64,000 bases of DNA from an uncultured cyanobacterium (GTDB lineage: Bacteria > Cyanobacteriota > Cyanobacteriia > Cyanobacteriales > Nostocaceae). This document shows, one piece after another, positions 1 through 11,245 of this stretch. The notes beneath the pieces are model-generated. The model ran no database searches and had not been told where the DNA came from. It saw only the letters and a program-made list of their open reading frames with translations. Position numbers and translations under genes: made by a program. Every line of letters starts with the position of its first letter. The first letter of the stretch is position 1. The stretch lies in NCBI GenBank assembly GCA_963740315.1, contig CAVUDP010000002.1, positions 3,776,001 through 3,840,000 on the forward strand, given 5' to 3'.

Positions 1-597
1 AATTTACCGCACGGTATTCGTACAGCTAAGTTCTCAACACAGAAAGGAACATTCGTTTTTTGTGAAGCTTCCGACCCCAATCGTCCCGAAATTAAAGGTT
101 ATCAACAGCTATTTTTAGTGAATGACAAAGGAGAAATTATTTCTAGAGATATTCCCCTTATTCTCGGTACAATAAAAGCTGATTCTACAACTCCTACTTT
201 AAAATTACCCAAAAATCACAATGCAATAGTAATGCACATCAAGCATCAATTTGCAGAAGAAGTTAAACATCGTCAGTCCGAGAGAGAGTTTAATCATCGC
301 ATGACTCAAGGGCAAAAATATATCGTGCGGGAATTGAAGGTATTTTTTAAGTCAGTTAAAGATGAAGAGATAAAAGCTCAGATAAATATTATAGAAGAAG
401 CGTTTCGACATTCCACAAATCAAGCGATTAATCGAGAGCTAAATAAACTACGTCGCAATGGTTTTGCAGGTAAAGAATTATTCGAGCAACTAAAAAAGAT
501 TTATAATCAGCACAATATGCATCAATCGTATTCCCATAGCTTACCTACATTATCCACTCCAATTCCTATAATTATTTGTAGTGAAGCACTGGTATAA
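1..597 (+). CDS. C-terminal part of a large protein, probably helicase-related (5' end outside window)
   Basis: Frame is open from base 1 (NLPHGIRTAK...) to the stop at 597. The LPxGIR start and PIIICSEAL end resemble C-termini of SNF2/PLD-type helicases, from recall only. Confidence 0.45.
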   Translation, partial: NLPHGIRTAKFSTQKGTFVFCEASDPNRPEIKGYQQLFLVNDKGEIISRDIPLILGTIKADSTTPTLKLPKNHNAIVMHIKHQFAEEVKHRQSEREFNHRMTQGQKYIVRELKVFFKSVKDEEIKAQINIIEEAFRHSTNQAINRELNKLRRNGFAGKELFEQLKKIYNQHNMHQSYSHSLPTLSTPIPIIICSEALV

Positions 598-1124
598 ATA
601 TCATTAGATTACTCGGTTACTCCTAACACTTTTAGAATTTTCCTCACAGGTGCTTTCTGGGCTTCTAATTGCTGCACTTTAGATAATAAACACTTGGGAA
701 TATAAGTGAAGCATATGAATTCTTTTTCATGAAAGGTAACTGCCAATCATACCAAGCCTGCTGATACTGTTTACCGTTCTTCTTAGTAATAGTCCAAAGC
801 GTGTATTCTACCCGTACCATTGCCACGACTTCTTCTTTTAGTACTACTGGTTTACTCACGAAAACTTCAGCTTAACAATTGGCGGATAAATACTCTACTC
901 AAAAGATAAAATACGATGTTGCCTGGGATTGGAACCAGTAAAAGCAACTAATCGCAGTAAAGAAATAAGATAAAACGATTTATGATGCTCCGGGAGTCTA
1001 CTATGAAGCGAGAACCCCCTAATGGTGAATCTTTAGCAAGATTATTTACCGATTTACTACTGTTAATTAGAGTCGGTTTTTTAAGGCTCTTATACCACCT
1101 TTTCAACTTATGCTCTTGATACTG

Positions 1125-1310
1125 CTAAACTGGTGCAAATGAGTAGTTAGGTCGTGAAGCTCTAATATGTAAGATTGAGAAGCAGGATAAAATATTTTGA
1201 TAATTAACAAGGCTGAAAAATAAAAATATGGAAGTAACGGCAAAAAGCAAAGCTTCAAATAGTTTGTAGGTGACGATTGCAGTTAAAGCTAAAGAGCGAT
1301 TTTTTCGCAT
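1125..1310 (-). pseudogene. Truncated membrane protein, DUF2127-like N-terminus
   Basis: RSLALTAIVTYKLFEALLF resembles the first TM helix of DUF2127; the ORF ends after 61 aa. Confidence 0.4.
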
Positions 1311-1395
1311 ATAAGTTTATTTGCTAGTCCTTGAATAGCTTTATAATACTTGGATTTATGTTAATTTAAATTGAACCTAAAACCGGAATCAAACA

Positions 1396-1674
1396 CTAAA
1401 TAGTCCATAGAAAAAACATCAGCATTCCGGCAAGTACAAGGGAAAAGAGAATCGCGTATTCAACCCTACGATTAATAATTCCAATAGCAAAGCTAACCAT
1501 AACTATGAGGAAAAAAAGACCAATATAAATGACATTTTCTCCAGCTTTATCAATTAAGGAATCGCTTTGAGGTGGTAGATTTTCCGATTGGTTAATTTGC
1601 GCTAAAAATATTCCTATTTTTTGTAACAGTCGTATTTGAAGTACAATTTCGAGGCTTTTAAATATCACTTTCAA
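1396..1674 (-). CDS. Small two-TM membrane protein (true start may be downstream)
   Basis: Two hydrophobic segments at the C-terminus; co-oriented downstream of the H+-ATPase. Confidence 0.5.
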   Translation of the reverse strand: MKVIFKSLEIVLQIRLLQKIGIFLAQINQSENLPPQSDSLIDKAGENVIYIGLFFLIVMVSFAIGIINRRVEYAILFSLVLAGMLMFFLWTI

Positions 1675-1774
1675 ATAACCAATATTACTGATTGAACCGT
1701 TCTTGAGTAGGCTGAGGTTGTCTTGGTGGCTGCTTTGTTATCAATGCCCAACCTAAACCTAGAAGTAATGATTG

Positions 1775-4273
1775 TCAAGCCCTCAATCTTTTTGTAGACA
1801 ATACTAAATTATGATGATTAAACAATCTATATGCTAAATGTTTTACCGCATCAGTAATAAATAAGAACAAGAAAGAATAACCCCAAACTAAAACAGCGTA
1901 ATTGAATCCAATGGGTGCAATTAATCCCAAACCGAAAATAGCCACTAAAGTAGCAATTATTTGAGTCGAAAATACAGCTATTAACAAAATTTTTGCCGGT
2001 TTTTCTGTCCAGAAAGTTTTTTTGGTACGGGTTGCAAAAATTGTTAAATGTCCAGCAATAGAAAGCTTTAAGTACACTAGGGTTTGTAGCATTTCTGTAT
2101 TGAACTGTAATATCTCTTTACCTATATACAAAATACCAAAAGAGCCAAACACACTAGCAATGCCAATTAGGGTAGATACACCCAACACAACTGGCATATC
2201 CCAAGCGGCTGGTTTACTGGCAGGAATTGCCCTGTCGTAGGCGATCGCCAAAATTGCACCGTCATTTAGTAAAGCCAGCAAAACAATCATAATTGCTGTC
2301 ATGGGATAAAAATTGAAAATTAAAATTGAAAGCGTCATGAAAATTAAAATGGCTATCGTTTCGGCAATCCGGTAGACAACGTAACTATACATCCGTTCAA
2401 AAATTTTGCGACTTTCTCTGACGGCATCAGCGATTACGGATAATCCCGGTGCTAATAAAACGATATCAGCCGCAGCACGGGCAGCATCAGTTGCCCCAGA
2501 AACAGCAATTCCGGCATCTGCTTTTTTCAAAGCTGGGGCATCGTTCACACCATCCCCTGTCATGCCAACAATATGACCTTGCTGTTGTAGTGCTTCTACA
2601 ATGTCATATTTATGCTCAGGGAAAACCTGACCAAACCCATCGGCTTCCATCACTGCATCCGCTAGCCTTGCCATGTGATGGGAGGGGCTTTCCTCAAATA
2701 GCTTGGCATCAAGAATATTGCTTCCTAAACCGACTTGCTGACAAGTTTCTTTAGCGATCGCCACTTGGTCGCCTGTAAGCATTTTTACTTTTACACCCAA
2801 GCGTTTTAAGTCTTCAATTACCAATTTAGAATCGCTGCGCGGTGGGTCAAATAGGGGTTATTGCCGAGAAATTGCCAATTACCTTCAGGGTTAGTCCGAG
2901 CCACACCTAGCGCCCGAAAGCCGCGTTTAGCAAAGTCATCAATGGTTTTGTTGACAAATTTCTCAAGTTCAGCAGAGTTATCAACAAGAGTTAAAATTAC
3001 CTGGGGCGCTACGAAGGCTAACTTTAAATTCTTGACCGTCACCTGTTGTAGAAATAGTGCCTTCTGTACGTTTAATTACTGGATCGAAGGGTAAGAAACG
3101 AGTTACTTGATAACTAGTCAGTTGTTGTTTATCTTTTAAACCCTCCATGATTGCTTTATCAATGGGGTCTTCATTGGCGTTATTTGAGGCAAGGGCTGCG
3201 GCTAAAATTACATCATCAGTAGTGAAATTACTTAAACTAACTGGCTCTCCCAAACTCAATTGATTTAAGGTCAAAGTACCAGTTTTATCCGAGCAGAGGA
3301 TATCCATGCCAGCGATTTCTTCAATTGATTCCAAATGACTAACAATCGCTTGTTTTTTCGCTAAAGTTTGGGAGCCAATTGCCATAGTTGCTGATAAGAC
3401 TGTAGGCATTGCTACCGGGATAGATGCCACAGTCAACACTAAAACAAATTTTAAAATGTTAAGTATACTGTCATGCCGATAAAGCGCTACAAATAGAATT
3501 AGCACCACCAACACTAAAGCGGTGGCAATTAAAAAATTACCAATTCTTAAGATAGTTTGCTGAAAATGGCTGTGAGTGGTAGCGGTATCGACTAATTTAG
3601 CGGTTTTACCAAAAAATGTATTCGCACCTGTGGCATAAACCAGTCCATCAATTTCACCTCGTTTCAAAACTGAACCAGAATATACCGCATCTCCTGATTT
3701 TCGGTTAACTGGTAGAGATTCCCCAGTTAAAGCGGCTTGATCGACTTCGATGGAGTCACCTGCGAGTAAACGCATATCAGCAGGAAGAACATCACCAATT
3801 CGCAGGTGAACAATATCCCCCCGAACCAGTTCCCGTGCTGGAATTGTAATCAACTGTCCCTCTCGCTTGACGCGGGCATTCAAGGCAAGTTGGGCTTTGA
3901 GGGCAGCAATGGCATTTCCGGCTTCAAATTCTTCCCAAAAGCCAATTACACCATTAACGATCAATAGAACTAAAATAATTGCAAAATCAGCCCAATCCTG
4001 AACGATTGCAGATAAAATTACTGCTGCTTCAATCATCCAAGGAATTGGTCCCCAAAAGTGAGAAAAAAACTGTTGTAAAGCACTGATTTTTTTCTGTGCT
4101 AATTCATTGTAGCCATAGGTTGAAAGACGACGTTGAGCTTCCTCATGGCTGAGTCCAGTTTCTAAATCAACCCCCAATTTAGCTTGCAATTCTGATAAGT
4201 TAAGATTTGCTAAATCTACGTTAATTGTTTGGGAGTTTTGGGTTTGTTTATCCGAAGAAAGCTTTTGTTTCAT
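1775..4273 (-). pseudogene. Plasma-membrane-type H+-efflux P-type ATPase (P3A), split by two frameshifts
   Basis: FWGPIPWMIEAA, TGES, CSDKTGTLT, MLTGD and TGDGVNDAPALK motifs lie across three ORFs (2981-4273, 2818-3042, 1775-2824). Lesions near 3010-3019 and 2855-2865. Confidence 0.9.
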
Positions 4274-4389
4274 AAAACCTCGTGGGAAGCATGGAATGAG
4301 CGCGTCTTTTATTAATTAATGAATTAGTATAGTGCCATTCGGCTCTACACTAGTTCATTGATTGATCTCAAGAGAATCATTTCAAATAA

Positions 4390-6844
4390 CTATAGGCGTT
4401 TTTCGACCAGCGATTGCTCTGGCTGCGTTGCACCCAAACTCCACTTCCAGTTGCGGATTTCCGGCAAGTCTTCGCCGTGCTTGTCAATGTAATGCTTATG
4501 CTCGATCAACTTGTCCTGCATCATCTGCTTGAGATAGGCTCCCTTACTACCCAAATGCGGCAAGCGATCCACCACATCTTGCACCAGATGAAAGCGATCC
4601 AGGTCATTTTGCACCCTGATGTCAAAAGCCGTTGTGATCGTGCCTTCTTCCTTGTAGCCCCGGACGTGGAGATTGCGATTGGTGCGGCGGTAGGTCAGCC
4701 GATGCACCAGCCAGGGATATCCATGAAAGCCAAAGATGATATGCTTGTCTTTGGTAAAGAGTGAATCGTAATCCGTTTCGCTCAGTCCGTGCGGATGCTC
4801 GCTCTCGGACTGCAACTTCATCAGATCTACGACATTGATCACCCGAATTCTCAGATCGGGCAGATGTTCTCGTAGGATGGAAACGGCAGCCAAAATCTCT
4901 AGCGTCGGCGTATCTCCACAGCAAGCCATCACCACATCCGGCTCGGTATCCCGATCGTTGCTAGCCCATTGCCAGATGCCAATGCCTTCAGTGCAATGCA
5001 CGATCGCCGCTTCCATACTCAGCCATTGTGGGAGGGCGTGTTTGCCAGCAACCACCACATTCACGTAGTGTCGGCTGCGTAAACAGTGATCGAAGACCGA
5101 TAGCAGACAGTTTGCGTCGGGTGGCAGGTACACGCGCACGATATCGGCTTTCTTGTTGATAACATGGTCGAGGAAACCGGGTTCTGGTGCGTGAAGCCGT
5201 TATGATCCTGCTGCCAGACGTGGGAGGCAAGCAGATAGTTCAGCGATGCGATCGGTCGTCGCCAGGGGAGTTCCGACGTGACCTTCAGCCATTTGGCGTG
5301 CTGGCTGAACATCGAATCAACGATGCGAATAAACGCCTCATAGCTGTTGAATAGCCCGTGCCGCCCAGTTAGCAGATAGCCTTCCAACCAACCTTGGCAC
5401 TGATGTTCGCTGAGCATCGAGTCCAGTACTTGTCCGGCTGGTGCGAGGAATTGATCATTTTTTTCTTCCCGCGCTTCCCACTGACGATTAGTGACTTCAA
5501 ACACCGCGCCCAAAAGATTCGAGAATGTCTCATCCGGACCGAAGATGCGGAAATTGCGCTGATTTAACTTGACTACATCACGCAGGAATTTGCCCAGTAC
5601 GAGGGTATCTTGACCGTCAACGGCACCAGGTGAAGGCACATACACCGCGTGGTCGCGGAAGTCTGGCATTTGCAGGTCGTGTAGTAGTATGCCGCCGTTG
5701 GCGTGGGGGTTCATGCCCATGCGGCGATCGCCTTTCGGTGCCAGTTCAGCTAATTCCGGCAGGAGACATCCGTTTTCATCGAACAGTTCGGAAGCCTTGT
5801 AGCTTTTCATCCAGCTTTCCAACTGCTGGACATGACCGGGATGCTCGGAGTTCACCGCTTTTGCGGCACCTGGTGCGATCGCGATGTGCTTTCAATTTGC
5901 AGACCATCGACAACTTTTGGCCCCGTCCAGCCCTTGGGCGACTTGAGGACGATTACGGGCCAGCGTGGGCGAGTAGTATCTTTATTGTTGCGTGCATTGC
6001 TTTGGATTTGCTGAATGTCCTCAATCGCCTTGTCCACGGTACTAGCCATAAGTTCGTGCATCTTTTCCGGCTCATCACCTTCCACAAATTTTGGTGTCCA
6101 GCCGCAACCTCTAAGAAATTGCTCTAACTCATCATGCTCGATCCGAGCCAAGACGGTTGGGTTATTGATTTTGTAGCCATTCAGGTGCAGGATTGGCAGC
6201 ACAGCACCGTCGGTAATCGGGTTGAGTAACTTGTTGGACTGCCATGCGGTCGCTAAGGGTCCCGTCTCCGCTTCCCCGTCGCCAATGACACAAGCGACAA
6301 TCAGATCGGGATTGTCGAAGGCAGCGCCGAAAGCATGACTGAGCGAGTACCCCAACTCACCTCCTTCGTGAATTGAACCGGGCGTTGTCGGCGCAGCGTG
6401 GCTGGAAATCCCACCAGGAAATGAGAATTGCGTGAACAGCTTTTTCAACCCAGCTTCGTCCTGAGTAATGTTGGGATAAACTTCGCTCCAGGTGCCTTCG
6501 AGGTAAACGTTGCCCACAATTGCTGGGCCACCATGACCGGGGCCAGCGATATAGAGCATATCTAGGTCATATTTCTTGATCGCCCGATTCAAGTGTACAT
6601 AGATGAAATTCTGTCCCGGTGTCGTACCCCAGTGTCCAACCACCAATGGTTTGACGTGGGAGAGTTTCAGCGGCTCCTTCAACAATGGATTGTCGTAGAG
6701 ATAAATTTGCCCAACCGATACATAGTTGGCGGCACGCCAGTAGGCATCTATCTTGTGGAGTAATTCTGGGGAAAGAGTCTTTGTTTTTATGCTCGATCGC
6801 CTAATTTCTAAGTCCAATACGCCAGTCTGATCAATTGTGTTCAC
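4390..6844 (-). pseudogene. xfp: Phosphoketolase (XFP family), split by two frameshifts
   Basis: [51 protein letters not shown] and RGYKEEG motifs lie in three ORFs. Lesions near 5855-5866 and 5173-5184. Visibly more GC-rich than the flanks. Confidence 0.93.
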
Positions 6845-6944
6845 GGTTTTTCCCTCTTTATTTATCTTGATTAAGTTTTGTATCTTTTATGACTAAAAAC
6901 TACTAGGAAGAGCTTGCAGTGTAAGGCGTGGCTTTGAATCGTTA

Positions 6945-7496
6945 CTACAAAACCCGTCGCTGTACTGAATGTGGGGCAAGCATCCAAATGCCATCAAAAA
7001 GGAGATTGACTCCAATTAAAGTGCCAATCAGCCAAGCGGCGCTAAAGGGAAAGCTAGACCAAACGAAAATACCGCAAATAATCCCAACGATGCCGCTCGC
7101 AAGTATCCATCCCCAGTTTGATGAAATCCGACGCATTTGAAATGCAAGGATTACTTGAATCATGCCTTGCACAAAAATGGTAATACCCAACACTAACGTG
7201 AAAGCAAGTACCCCTTCGAGTGGATTTACCATGACGATAATTCCAGCCAGGAGATATAAAGCACCAAGAATCAGCTTCCAGACAAACTTACCTATGCCTT
7301 TTGATTGAAAAGCATAAATAATTTGAGCAATTCCCGCAACAATAAATACCCAGCCGAACACTAAGGTTGAAGCAATGGTGGCAAACAAGGGAAACGCAAT
7401 CGCAATTATACCTAGCACAATCATGAAAACTGCGATCGCACTTAGCCATTTAGAGCTAACCACTTGTTGATCGGTTTCAGGCTCTGTAACTCTCAT
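6945..7496 (-). CDS. HdeD/DUF308 family acid-resistance membrane protein
   Basis: Six-TM hydrophobic 183-aa protein with repeated LxxGW/GI patterns typical of HdeD. Confidence 0.85.
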   Translation of the reverse strand: MRVTEPETDQQVVSSKWLSAIAVFMIVLGIIAIAFPLFATIASTLVFGWVFIVAGIAQIIYAFQSKGIGKFVWKLILGALYLLAGIIVMVNPLEGVLAFTLVLGITIFVQGMIQVILAFQMRRISSNWGWILASGIVGIICGIFVWSSFPFSAAWLIGTLIGVNLLFDGIWMLAPHSVQRRVL

Positions 7497-7527
7497 GTCA
7501 ATCTCCTTTTGAATTAAATCCTAAAAG

Positions 7528-7605
7528 ATGGGGCGAAAGTCTCATTTGAGGCACTCACCGGCTGAGTATAGAAACCCCGTCCGCCTATGCGGCGGGGTAG
7601 TTCAC
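7528..7605 (+). mobile_element. Orphan IS200/IS605-family right-end remnant (omega-RNA-like hairpins ending in TTCAC)
   Basis: Three stacked hairpins: ATGGGGC-GAAA-GTCTCAT, ACTCA-CCGGC-TGAGT and ACCCCG(T)CCGC-CTAT-GCGGCGGGGT, followed by AGTTCAC. No tnpA or tnpB in the window. Confidence 0.6.
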
Positions 7606-7652
7606 TTTTGAATGTTTAATCGGAAGCACGTATAAGTTTAGAACTCATTTCA

Positions 7653-7684
7653 ACACTAAGATAGAATAATGAGGAACTTGTGAA
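7653..7684 (-). promoter_or_regulatory. CTCA-box promoter 1 (hdeD-xfp-H+ ATPase)
   Basis: TTCACAAGTTCCTCATTAT + 7 nt + TAGTGT. Confidence 0.75.
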
Positions 7685-7971
7685 GAAACTTTTAAATAAC
7701 GCCCCGAAAAATGCAATAAGGGTATTAAAACGTAATCGTATTTTTAAAAGACCTCATGTTTCTATAGCTAAAATTTATCTAAAAACAAGACTTAAAGAAT
7801 TGAGATAATAAGTACTGAAAAACCCATATTTGATTGCTTAGATAAACAACCACTACGATAAAGAACTGAAAAAAGCACGAGCGTTAAAGCCTGCGTTGGA
7901 ACTGCACAAATTGCCGTTTTCGCGACAATCCAGGAATCAAAATAAATAGCAAAAGATTTCAACACGAAATC

Positions 7972-9692
7972 ATGAAAAAAATGAATACGAATCGGACCGG
8001 GCATCCAGTTAAACAGCGATTTCGCCTGTTTCAGGGAATTTTACCTTTGAAAGTAACCACAATTGGCGATGATGTTATTGCAGGTATTGTGCTGGCAGCG
8101 CTGGGTATTCCTGAAGTCATGGGATATACAAAAATCGCCGGAACACCCATTGCTACAGGTCTTTACACGCTCATCCTGCCAGCTTTAGTGTTTGCGGTCT
8201 TTGGCTCTTCTCGCCATCTGGTAGTCGGTGCTGACTCAGCAACCGCTGCAATCATGGCGGCTGGGCTGTCAGGCTTGGCACAGTTTGGTGGTTCCCAATA
8301 TTTAGCTTTGGCAGAATTAGTAGCTATCGTAGTGGCTGGACTTTTACTGTTAGCACGACTGTTTCGACTCGGTTTCCTGGCGGACTTTCTGTCGCGTACC
8401 GTGCTAATAGGTTTCTTAACTGGGGTAGGAATTCAAGTGGCTATCGGTCAATTAGCTGGGTTACTAGACCTCAAAGCCGGGAGCCAGCAACCCGTACAAC
8501 AAATTATCAATTTCTTCACAAGTCTGCCCCATGCTAATAGGTTAGCGATCGCGATTTCTCTAACTGTGTTAATTACCATTAAACTATGCGACAAATTTAT
8601 ACCAAAATTTCCAGGTGCATTGTTGACTGTAATAGTAGCAATTATTGCTAGTTGGATATTTAATTTTGCCAGCCGTGGGGTGATGGTCGTTGGATCTATT
8701 CCCAGCGGTCTACCTTCTTTGGGGCTACCAGCAGTCTCGCTCAGTGAAATTCCCCAGGTAGCTAGTATCGCTTTATCTTGTTGTATAGTTATTATTGCCC
8801 AAAGTGCAGCGACCTCCCGCGCCTACGCCTTTCGATACAACGAGAGCTTCAGAGAAAATACTGACCTTGAGGGTCTAGCTCTGGCTAATCTGGCGGCGGG
8901 GCTGAGTGGAACCTTTGTGGTCAATGGTAGCCCGACCAAAACTGAAATTGTTGACACGGCAGGAGGAAAAAGCCAAATTGCTCAATTAACCACAGTCGCA
9001 GTGGTATTAATAGTTATCCTTTTCCTCACTCAACCCATCAGCTATTTACCCAATGCGGTTTTAGCAGCAATTGTCTTCTCCATCGGACTCAAGTTGATTG
9101 ATATTCGCGGGATGCGTACTATCTTTAAAACCCATCGCGACGAGTTTTATCTTGCTATCATCACTGCTGCTACGGTCGTTTTTATTGGTGTTAAACAAGG
9201 TATTATTTTAGCAGTTATTTTGTCGCTGATTTTGCACGTTCGCCATAGTTACCGTCCGCATTCTGCCATTATTATTCCCAATGAAAATAGATATTGGCAG
9301 CCAATTCCTGTTCGTTTCGGCATTGTATCAGCACCCGGTTTAATTATTTATCGCTTTAGTAGAGACTTATTTTACGCTAACGCTAGCTTCTTTTCAGAAG
9401 AGGTGCAAAATCTTCTTAAGAAGGCTCAATCACCAGTGCAGTGGTTGATTGTGGAGTCTAGAGCAATTACTGAAATTGACTACTCCGCATCCCAGACGCT
9501 TCGCGATGTTGTTAAGGAATTATCTGTAGCGAATGTAACTTTTGTTTTGTCGGGTTTCCACCAGAAGTAAAGGCTCAGTTTGATCGCGATGGGCTGACAG
9601 ATTTAATCGGTGCTAACTACTTTTTTAACCACTTAGAAGAGGCTTTGGCGGCTTTCCACATTATCCACGATGGATCTGGGGAGGTGTCCTAA
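7972..9692 (+). pseudogene. SulP/SLC26 anion transporter with STAS domain, frameshift near 9555 removes the last ~43 aa
   Basis: IPEVMGY, GLYT and GSSRHLVVGADSA motifs. The shifted frame continues PEVKAQFDRDGLTDLIGANYFF... to TAA at 9690-9692. Confidence 0.85.
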
Positions 9693-9728
9693 TCGGATTA
9701 GTTTAACTTGTATTAAAGTTACAAAAAA

Positions 9729-9968
9729 GGCAGAGGGCAGAGGGCAGAGGGCAGAAGGTAAGAAGTATTAATAAAAACTTTAGTTCCTATCTTAAGCCTC
9801 AGTAAAAAAAGAAACAAGATTTTGAGACGCGCAGCGCGTACCGCAAGGTCGTCCCGGAGGGACTTAAAATATTTATGTCCTTATTTCATTCACGCGGAGC
9901 GTGTGGATCATCTCACGCTTTTAAACGTGAGTCCCTTCTGCCTTCTGCCTCCTTCCTTCTGCCTTCTG
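9729..9968. repeat. MITE-like element bounded by inverted heptamer arrays
   Basis: (GGCAGAG)n at 9729-9758 and (CCTTCTG)n at 9934-9968, with small internal hairpins. Confidence 0.6.
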
Positions 9969-10108
9969 AAATTTAGTATCACGTGTTAAGCTCTATTGCA
10001 TATAATGATTTACCAGCAGTAAGAAATAAACAATTGCCTTCCTTGTCACCAATATCCAGACTTAAGGAAGTTCCCTTTGATTCCCACAGAAGAATGATGA
10101 CTTTCAAA

Positions 10109-11242
10109 TTATGAACTTAATTGACTGCGGAATTTAATTGAGCTTGCAGTTAGAAGAATTATTGCAAACATAATTAAAGCTATTATATGTGGATAAAGAA
10201 CAGTTAAACCTACACCTTTGAGCAAAATACCGCGAGCAATTACCATGTAATGATATAGCGGGTTAAATAAAGCGACAGTTTGAAAAAACTTTGGCATACT
10301 TTCTGTAGCTGATAGCGCACCAGACATCATAATCATCGGAGAATTAATAAAGAATGAACTCAAAATTGTTTGCTGTTTATTCTGAGAAAAAGTTGCCATC
10401 AATATTCCGATCCCAATACCAATTAAAACATATAATCCGGAGAGAATTAAGAATAAAAAAAAACTTCCTTGTAAAGGTAGTTTAAAAATAATCCTTGCCA
10501 GTGATAAAGCAAGTAAAATATCCCCCATTAAAAGTATATATAATGGTACAACTTTTGCAAGTAAAATTTCAATTGAAGAAGCTGGAGTCATTAACAACTG
10601 TTCCAAAGTGCCTTCATCTTTTTCCCGTACTGCTTCGACTGCTGACGCGAGGGAACTAGTCAGGGTTAAAATTACCCCAATCACACCAGGAACAAAAAAC
10701 CAACTACCAATCAAACCGGGATTATAGCGAAATATGATTTGCGGGTTGATTAATAAAGAAATTTTGCTTGATAGTAATTTACTATTGTATTGGCTAATAA
10801 TCTGACTAATGTATCCGCTTGCAACTCCAGCAGTGTAGGCATTAACTCCATCAATTAATACCTGTACTTCGGCTTTTGCTTCGCGCAATTCACTATTAAA
10901 TTTTGGAGGAATTACTAAGCCAATATCAACTTTTCCTGTTCGTACTTCTTGAGATAATATTTTTTGACTTTGACTGTAATTATTGACTAAAAACACTTGA
11001 TTTTCTGTGAATGCAGAAACTAATTCTCTACTTGCAGGAACTTGAGCGTAATCAACTATACCTAATTTCAAATGATTAACATCTGGACTCAAGGAAAAGC
11101 CAAAAATTAATAGTTGTAAAATTGGGGAAATAGTTAATAAAAATATTAGTTGTTTATTACGGCGTATTTGTGATATTTCTTTAATGACAAGTGCCCAAAA
11201 TCGACTTGATAAGATGCGGCGAATAAATTTCATCTTTTTCAC
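10109..11242 (-). CDS. ABC-2 type transporter permease (YbhR-like)
   Basis: VREKDEGTLEQLLMTP motif, multi-TM. Confidence 0.9.
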   Translation of the reverse strand: MKKMKFIRRILSSRFWALVIKEISQIRRNKQLIFLLTISPILQLLIFGFSLSPDVNHLKLGIVDYAQVPASRELVSAFTENQVFLVNNYSQSQKILSQEVRTGKVDIGLVIPPKFNSELREAKAEVQVLIDGVNAYTAGVASGYISQIISQYNSKLLSSKISLLINPQIIFRYNPGLIGSWFFVPGVIGVILTLTSSLASAVEAVREKDEGTLEQLLMTPASSIEILLAKVVPLYILLMGDILLALSLARIIFKLPLQGSFFLFLILSGLYVLIGIGIGILMATFSQNKQQTILSSFFINSPMIMMSGALSATESMPKFFQTVALFNPLYHYMVIARGILLKGVGLTVLYPHIIALIMFAIILLTASSIKFRSQLSS

Positions 11243-11245
11243 TCC

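Noticed and set aside
665..1060. 64-aa ORF and adjacent broken coding-like sequence
   Set aside because: No recognisable family. It may be a decayed gene but I cannot support a call.
4414..6127. Several 60-165 aa ORFs overlapping xfp
   Set aside because: Shadow ORFs in GC-richer coding sequence with no recognisable motifs.
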